This document shows positions 50,991 to 64,000 of a stretch of 64,000 nucleotides of DNA, one piece after another. Source of the DNA: Dimorphilus gyrociliatus (taxonomy: Eukaryota > Animalia > Annelida); assembly GCA_904063045.1 (NCBI GenBank), contig CAJFCJ010000004.1:1791713-1855712 (forward strand), in the 5' to 3' direction. Both the position numbers and the translations under genes were made by a program. Under the pieces are notes generated by a model. It was not told the origin of the DNA. It ran no database searches and saw only the letters and a list, made by a program, of their open reading frames with translations. Within the stretch, counting starts at the first letter, position 1. Each line of letters opens with the position of its first letter.

Positions 50991-51305
50991 CAGTAGAGCA
51001 GTCTTGAAGGAGCTTATTAGGAAAAAACAACTTGAAAGGTTTCTATAATTACAACGAAGCTCGATCAAGTTTGTCTCTTAGAAATGTTGATTTGATAAAT
51101 CGGCATATACAAATGCTGATTTGACCTAATATGTCCTTTATATAGCTTCTATTTCTATTTTAGTAAATTAATCGACGGAAATAGAACTAAAAAACGCTGG
51201 TCCGTTGATTATTCACTGCAAAATTATTTTAAAAGAACGAATTGCTTTTCTTTAAAGAAAAAACAACAAAATTTATTAACATTAGTTACCAGTTACCCTT
51301 AATTA

Positions 51306-53150
51306 TCAGTGTATTTCACTTATAACGTCCAATTCGTGGGGTAATGCAGTTCGTCGCGGATAAAACGTATGTAGGAGAGAATAATTCAAGAGATTTTCTA
51401 CAGATGATGTGTAAATATTAGCAAATCTCATTAGTCTTCTTGTAAAGTATGTCATATTATGATATGTCCTGAACATGGACCCGAATCGAGGATTAAACAA
51501 CTCTTTCGTTCTTAACCTATTACGAATATGAAAATAGTTATATACTGGTATACATTTCATACAAATACGATATTTAACTGTAGTTTATGAGATATAAGAT
51601 ACATACCTTAAATTCTCTCTTTCTTTCAACCATTCAGCAAGTATTGTTTGGCTTTCAGCATCTTCGTAAATCTTAACAAAGCGAAAACGGAATTAAAGAA
51701 GCAGAGATAACAAGAAAGTTTGTTTTAGACAAAGGTTTTTTTTTTTACCTGCATTTTTTCTATCAATTTTTCTAAAGATACAAGTCTTCTTAAGGCTTCT
51801 TTAAACTCTGTACTATTTATTATAGTGATTTCTTTTTCTAGCTCCGGAATGATTGCGCCAGTACGCCATCCATGTCTTAAAGTTGCATCCTGTAAAGCAA
51901 AAGGTGTATTTATTGAATACCACTTGAATAAAGACAGTTCGAACGGCCAAATCTGTATAGACATGATCTCCAAAGTACAAAACTTCACTTCCGCACCAAC
52001 CAGTCAATTGCTCCAATTGGAAGAAATTTCCCTAAAGACAAAACATTATTAATCATAAAGTTAGATAATATTTTTATGTAAATGCCATCTATACTTCTTG
52101 ATAAAAGCATCCTTTTTCGAAAACCGTTACCCTATCCCAAGATAATTGGCCAGTATGAGTGTTTATCTTTCTGAATGGTCTTCTGGTTTCATGGAAGAAC
52201 TCTGGTTTTCTAGCATTTGTAATAATAACGTCGAAGAGAGCATTCCAGTTTTTTCCAACCATTAATTCCATACCAGCATTTCTGAAATATTACATTTCCA
52301 TTTTTGAATAATTATATTAGTTTAGTATTGTATAAAATAAATTACACAAAAGCAGCAGAACTATTTGTAATTAGAAACAATTGCTTTCCAGCACTCGAAA
52401 GGCGTCTTAATAATTGGGTAACAGCGTCACCAGGATTAACATACGTATCTATTTAAGGTAAAAACAAAAGATTACAAGTCACACAGTATATCATTTGGGC
52501 TAAAAGTAGAATATTAATTACATACCAATTTGATTCATAACTTCTTTATGAAGAGATCCAGATTTATGTAAGGTTTGTACAGTATTCTAAGAAGAGAAAT
52601 TTGATTAGTTAAATTAATTAAAAATAGATGGAAAGAGAGGAGTGAACTAATTCTTACTTTGACGTCGAAAAAAACGTACTCGGGATCATAAGGAATATTG
52701 TTTTCTATAAAAAACTATTTAAAAAAAATCTATTTATAAATGAAATTCTATGAAAAACAAACTATTTAACTTGTTTTAGCACTTAAGAAATGCTATGTTA
52801 CAGTCAGATAATTACCTCGATAACATTGGCAAATAGAGTCATCTCAGGTAGAGCGAATAAGTCCATTAATTGATGCATTGTAGCATTCTATTAATAAATA
52901 TTAACTATAAATATAGAAGTATATATTAATATTAACTAGGATTACTTACGGATCCTTTTTTAACTGAACCATAATAATTATTCATTTGGTCTATATTTAC
53001 ATGTGTTCCATCGTACAAGTCAATGATATCATCCTGAGATAAAGGTTGCAGTCCTCTGAAAAAGGATAAGTTAAAGTGCCTATAAAAGATGTTTACAATA
53101 TTTTCTATGAGTTAATTGACAATTGATAAAAGTAAAAGAAAACAGGTACA

Positions 53151-53192
<42 letters not shown>

Positions 53193-54302
53193 GAATAAAT
53201 AAATATACTGTATACACACATATACAGTATATATATATACGTATATATACCAATATAACCAATACAAAGCAAGGCAATATGTGAACAAACAAGATGTAAA
53301 CCTATATTAAGAATATTTAAGGGAAATGTGTATCTTGAATATATTCTATTATTGTTGTTGTTTAAAATACAATAATTAGTATACAAAGTAATCTTGGGGA
53401 TTCTTAACTATACCTATAAACACATCCTTTTTGGATATCATGGAAAGCATCAATTTTCAGTAGCAGACCCTTAAGACAAATGAAGCTTTTTTACACAAGC
53501 GTGAAAAGTAATTGTGAAGATTTATAAATATAAATAAATATTAAAAATATATATAATCATAATATTAAAAACTATCAGGCTTACGTGTTGGACGTCACAA
53601 TGGAGTCCTCTAACAGCAAATGTTGGATCGAATTTCGTTTTTAGTAATTCACTGGGATACTGTAAAGTCAATTCAAATTCATCAATCATTGTATAAGGTT
53701 TCATGATAACTTTCTTTTTTAATTAAATAATGAAAAATTAAAGTTAAATAAACCTTTTGAATGTGAACTAGTGCATCTCTGGACATGTCGTATATTAAAT
53801 TTTTCAATGAATCAGCATAGGAGGCCAAAGTATAATCGTAATCGAACCCATAGATTTTTATTTCAGATAAATCTAATTCATTGTTAGCAAATACTGACTT
53901 TGGATTGGCATCATTTGGTGGGGGTAAATCTGAAAATATATTAAGATATATTTTATTAGTTATTCACTATAAATGATAAGTTATTCCATAATACTGAAGT
54001 AATTAACTTCGCAGCTCTTATTTTTTATAAGTATAGGACACTGTATTTATATTAATAAGGATTTAATAGCCTTTAGAAATCTACAAAATTTCACCAAAGG
54101 TCAAGGACAACTCTTAGAAAAAATTACCGAATACTTTCTGTCGAACTCTGTCATATTCTTTCCGTAAATCTACTTTTCTTCGACCCAAATATTTTAAATC
54201 TTCATTATCCGTTCCGGATACATCATTGCTATAATTTAACGAAACGCTTTTTATAATATTAGGGTGTAAAATTCGACGAAGGTGTAGGTTTTTAGACAAC
54301 AT
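51306..54302 (-). CDS. NT5DC3: 5'-nucleotidase domain-containing protein (NT5DC2/3 family HAD phosphatase), multi-exon
   Basis: Motifs [57 protein letters not shown] and [11 protein letters not shown] are present. The basic N-terminus could be a mitochondrial presequence. NT5DC2 and NT5DC3 cannot be distinguished here. Confidence 0.88.
53155..53184. repeat. (AT)15 microsatellite in an NT5DC intron
   Basis: Read directly from the sequence. Similar AT runs occur near 1.8, 22.9, 37.2 and 56.25 kb. Confidence 0.9.
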
Positions 54303-54960
54303 TCCGTCCTTTAAATACCAGTTTTCTCTTAGGTATCATTCCCAGAATTTGATTAAAATATGGGAGTCACATGTGAAAACTTCTTTTATTTCATATTTAA
54401 ATATTAGCTTAAACTTAATTATCATATTACAAAAACAATATTTTGAGCAGCTAATTCTATTGTATGATGCTTTTTGCTAAGAGAAAATAGTAGTTGTTAA
54501 GAAGATAGTTACTTTGAGATAGAAGGATTCGAGGTTATGGAGAAAAGTCGATAAAGTTCCTTTATTCCCTTCAGTCGAATGGAGTAAAGTGTGATATAAT
54601 TATATTGAGAGTGTAAGCACTTTAATGTTGTTAAATTGAGTGTTTTACCCTTAAATCGAAAGAAAGTAAAATCTCTATTGAATATAAGATATGACAGTCT
54701 TATTTCGTCTTTTTTCCTTATTGATTTAGATGTTGATATATGTTTTGTTTTTCAATTTTTGAATTGTAAAACATAGCTAATTGATACTATAATTGATTGC
54801 ATAATAGCTGATAACTCGATACGGGAAAATTAAAGTTGATTAAGAAATCAATAAAGTCTATAATTAAAGAAATTAATTCATTTCTTTTTGGATTAATTAG
54901 ACTAATGAGATAATTAAGTTAAGTTTTAATAAGAATTTTACTTTATCCTTATCGTAACGT

Positions 54961-54972
54961 CAGATGGCGCTA
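54961..54972 (+). promoter_or_regulatory. CTCF-like motif CAGATGGCGCTA upstream of lachesin-like 2
   Basis: Close match to the CTCF core, located just before a probable 5' UTR exon (donor GTAAGA at about 54989). Confidence 0.45.
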
Positions 54973-55051
54973 AATACTTTTGTACATGTAAGAAATCTTT
55001 ATCTTGAATAGCAGACTAAATGATAACAGTTTTTTTTACCTGTAAATTGTC

Positions 55052-56203
55052 ATGAAGCTATTCATCTTTTTGATCATTTTTCTTTATATATCTTCTGTAC
55101 TTGGGCAGGATAAACCTGAAATCACTGAAAGAATCTTACCCGAAATAAAGCCTATTGGTACAACTGGAAGATTGAACTGTACAGTTATTAACAAGTTAGA
55201 TAATTACGTTGAGTGGGTTCATAATGAAAAGTCATTGACTCAAGATGAAACAATTGTTGTTGATCCTAAATTCAACCAAATTGTAAATGGATATCCTAAA
55301 TATCAGGTATTTCACAGGAAAATAGGCCAAAAGGATTCCTTTATGCTTGTTGTTAATCATTTGGAACCTAAAGACAAGGGAATATATCGTTGTCAAATTT
55401 GGGTAAGAAATGATCAGGACAGCGGTCGATTAGTATCAAAAGATGGTAAAATGGTTGTTGTATTTCCGCCACAAATTTTACAAATGGATACTAGTTCAAC
55501 TATGACAGTAAAGGAAAAGGAAAATGTATTGTTGAAGTGCGGGGCATCAGGAAATCCTAAACCAAATATAACCTGGGTTAGAGTAAATGGTTCGCCTTTA
55601 CCTGATGGTCGTCTTAGAGCAAGGAATAACACTTTATTAATTAATAGTATAGATCGAAATGACAGAGGAGTATATAGATGTCTGGCGGATAATAACGTTA
55701 GACCTCCAGCTCAATTTGATATCACTCTACTTGTTGCCTTCTCGCCAGTGGCTGTAGCTGTGCAATCTTCTTACGGTCAAGTTGAAAACAGGATGTACGA
55801 TGTAATTATAGAATGTCGAGTTGCTGGGTTTCCTGAACCTGAACTTAAATGGCATAAAGTTACTTCAGCTACAACGTGGAAGCAGTTAAAGAATGATGAC
55901 AAACACACAATCAATATTCTTCTGAATCATGCGAATAGTTTAGGTCAAAATGAGAGATGGTTCCAAATTGTCATTAGATCGGTTACGGCCAATGACTACG
56001 GAGACTATATTTGCGAAGGGGTAAACAATCACGGTAGCGGATCAACAAAAATACAACTTTTTGCAACATCCGAATGTCAAGGACCACTATGCGAGGAAGA
56101 ACAAAGACCAGAGGACAGAAAAGGCTCTGCTTCTATTACAAAACTGAGCCATTTACCTTTAATGTTATCGCTTATTATAGGATATTATTTAATCAAGCTA
56201 TGA
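55052..56203 (+). CDS. Lachesin-like cell adhesion protein 2 (3 Ig domains, likely GPI anchor), intronless CDS
   Basis: 383-aa ORF with signal peptide, three Ig domains, ATSECQGPLC and a hydrophobic tail. It is collinear with the 17.6-kb paralog. Confidence 0.88.
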   Translation: MKLFIFLIIFLYISSVLGQDKPEITERILPEIKPIGTTGRLNCTVINKLDNYVEWVHNEKSLTQDETIVVDPKFNQIVNGYPKYQVFHRKIGQKDSFMLVVNHLEPKDKGIYRCQIWVRNDQDSGRLVSKDGKMVVVFPPQILQMDTSSTMTVKEKENVLLKCGASGNPKPNITWVRVNGSPLPDGRLRARNNTLLINSIDRNDRGVYRCLADNNVRPPAQFDITLLVAFSPVAVAVQSSYGQVENRMYDVIIECRVAGFPEPELKWHKVTSATTWKQLKNDDKHTINILLNHANSLGQNERWFQIVIRSVTANDYGDYICEGVNNHGSGSTKIQLFATSECQGPLCEEEQRPEDRKGSASITKLSHLPLMLSLIIGYYLIKL

Positions 56204-56250
56204 ATCTAAAATATTAACTAACAAAAAAAACGAATCTGTATAATTAATCT

Positions 56251-56282
<32 letters not shown>

Positions 56283-56963
56283 ATGTATGCTGCTCATTCA
56301 GTTAATTTTTTCATAGAGTTTCTATCTATCAAATGTAAAATGCATAAATCATTACTTATCTACCTAAATTGTTATTAACCATATGGATAAAGCATATTTA
56401 TAATAAAATTCAACTTTTTATAATTATAAAACTACAAACTTAGTATAAAAGAAAGGAAATGGAACGAAGAAGGATGATTTAAAGTTAACACACACACACT
56501 ATAGTTATATATTATAAGTGAAAAAATCTTTAGTTATTTCTTTATTTTATCATAAATTAAAGAAGAATTTCATCTCTCCTTCAAAAGGAAAATTAAAAAA
56601 TAGTAAAAAAAATTGTAAAAACCAAACTAGAACGAATTAACTAATAAATAAAATAATTAATAAATTAATTAGTAAAAAAAATTATACACGATCTATAAAC
56701 TATATACAGTATAAATAAATAAAGAATGCTAATATATAGATACAAAATATTAATATAAAAAATTAAGGAAAAAACATTTATTCGTTAAAAAAAAGCGTCA
56801 AAAAATTGAATTTTTGTGACTTACAATAGAATTCTTGTTGTCTTTATATTATGTTTGTTTTGTTTTTTATTTCTTGATAATGTTTATCTATTTTAAAAAC
56901 GAATAATCATCACACAATTCAAGTAAATTCTTTGTGTTTGTTTTTTGTCTGCTTTACTTCCTT

Positions 56964-62539
<5,576 letters not shown>

Positions 62540-63006
62540 TTTCAAGAAATTCTAATTTTCTAATATTAAAAATTGATTTAGATAGGCTGACTAAGAAAGA
62601 TACACCCACGAGACGAAAATTATTGCTTTAATTCTTAAATGATACAATTGTATTCGAGTAAGAAGATATGTTTAAGCCGTAGCTTTCACAAAAATAGTCC
62701 ATAATTTGTAATTACTACTGAAAATGAACTTTTTAGCGTTGATTATCACCTGAGTAATTCGACTTGTATGGCTTCTACAAATCTTCCGGCCATAGACGTA
62801 AATGAGTGTTTTCGTAATAATAGATATTATTACTAGCGACATCTATCGACGCTATATGTCATTGCGTCTAAATAAATTGAATAGCTCAATAGATTCCTAC
62901 TTTCGTTAAAAATTTATTTGTAAATAAACAAGCTATAATTTTAAATAGTTGATCGTGTAATAGAATTGTTCAATATAGCTATTTCAAGTATAAATATATA
63001 AAAAAA

Positions 63007-63020
63007 CACTAGATGTCGCT
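63007..63020 (+). promoter_or_regulatory. CTCF-like motif CACTAGATGTCGCT upstream of AAK1; a second copy lies on the minus strand at 62834-62845
   Basis: Two near-identical TAGATGTCGCT motifs in divergent orientation, about 160 bp apart. Confidence 0.45.
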
Positions 63021-63070
63021 TTAATAATATGGTTAATACCTAAATAATCTTCGTTGGTTCAAATATGACG

Positions 63071-63903
63071 TTAAAATAACATTTTATCAAGCGTTTTCAT
63101 AATACAAATGTTGACTAATAAAAAGTTTAAAATTTCCCTCTCGTCTCTGGGGGGTTTTTTATAAAATGTTACTGAAAGAGATGAATCATCATCTCCAAAG
63201 GAGAAAAATTTTTTGACAGACATTTCAAATAGATAGAATAAAAAGAGAAGAGATAAGACAACCATAAATGTTTATATATTTATTAATAATCAATGAAAAT
63301 ACCTTCTTTTTCTTTTTTCAGCTTTTCTATTGAAAAACCAATCAATACTTTGCAATAATCTGATCGATATTATCCCTTTTTATATATAGTGATAGTTGTG
63401 TCGATAAATATATAATTATCCACAATATATATATATATATACTGTATATATACTAGAAGAAGCAAATATAAACCTAAAATCGATTCAAGATGCTCTTATC
63501 CGCCATTAAGGTCTTAATAGTTTACGAAATTCACACATTAATGGTTTTTATCGTTTTGTAAAAATATGCTTACATTCTATGAAATCTAATTTCATTATTT
63601 AGGACATTTTTTACGTTTAGAATTTCATTTCATTTGTCTAGTTTCTTTTTTCTTTATATTTCCCGCCAAAAAATATTAATTTGCATAAAAAAGAACTTGA
63701 GATAATATTCAATTATAATTATTTCTACTAAATTTTAATTTAATAATGACTATGCTTAAGAGGTAGTATTTTAAAAAAGAGTGCCAAAGAATTTTTGAAA
63801 CCTATGCTATAGTTCAAGGTCATTTGGTCAGCATCTCTTCCATTTACTCTTAGAAATAGCACTACCGAATATCGATCAATGGTAAAATTCTCGCTTAGAT
63901 AAA
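63071..63903 (-). other. Possible 3' exons of an unidentified gene extending beyond the window
   Basis: AG/GT-bounded open segments 63903-63802 (102 nt), 63326-63303 (24 nt) and 63171-63071 (terminal) are phase-compatible, but I recognise no homology. Confidence 0.3.
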
Positions 63904-64000
63904 CTATTAAAGGAAATAGGTAAAAATAATTTTAAATAGACAAAAGCAAAGAAAACAACTTTACGTAATTAATACTTTTATTCATAAAGCAAACTTAAAT

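Noticed and set aside
54335-54352. Partial Staf/ZNF143-like sites (TTCCCAGAAT near the NT5DC start; similar partial matches at about 32.9 and 50.9 kb)
   Set aside because: They match only fragments of the 18-bp consensus and are expected by chance.

Overview
Eukaryotic (animal) genomic DNA: AT-rich, very gene-dense, with many short GT-AG introns, mostly about 50-90 nt. The supplied ORFs are mostly exon fragments or antisense noise, so I rebuilt gene models by hand from splice sites. About 20 protein-coding genes are supported, in order: SLC16/MCT transporter (3' end), SHP2-like phosphatase, CFAP45, PSMB2, TMEM141, AHI1, lachesin-like 1, AKAP7-like 2H phosphoesterase, F-box/LRR protein, orphan CARD-like protein, ATG2, CARD-caspase, ZNF143/Staf, Ly6 three-finger protein, type II membrane SEA-Fz-Fz protein, 12-finger C2H2 protein, PFN4-like, CACHD1, NT5DC2/3, lachesin-like 2 and AAK1. 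There is also a possible gene 3' end at about 63-64 kb. Seven gene pairs are head-to-head. The compaction and gene set suggest a miniaturised invertebrate genome such as the annelid Dimorphilus; this is an unverified guess. Best leads: (1) a membrane-tethered protein with two Frizzled cysteine-rich domains and no protease or 7TM part; (2) a CARD-caspase with a non-canonical QRCRT active site and a nearby CARD-only candidate adaptor, flanking ATG2; (3) a SHP2-like phosphatase with natural substitutions at autoinhibitory positions; (4) a CTCF-like motif recurring at promoters. I found no tRNA, rRNA, transposon or CRISPR array. Family assignments come from recalled motifs, not database searches, and hand-counted exon coordinates may be off by a few bases.
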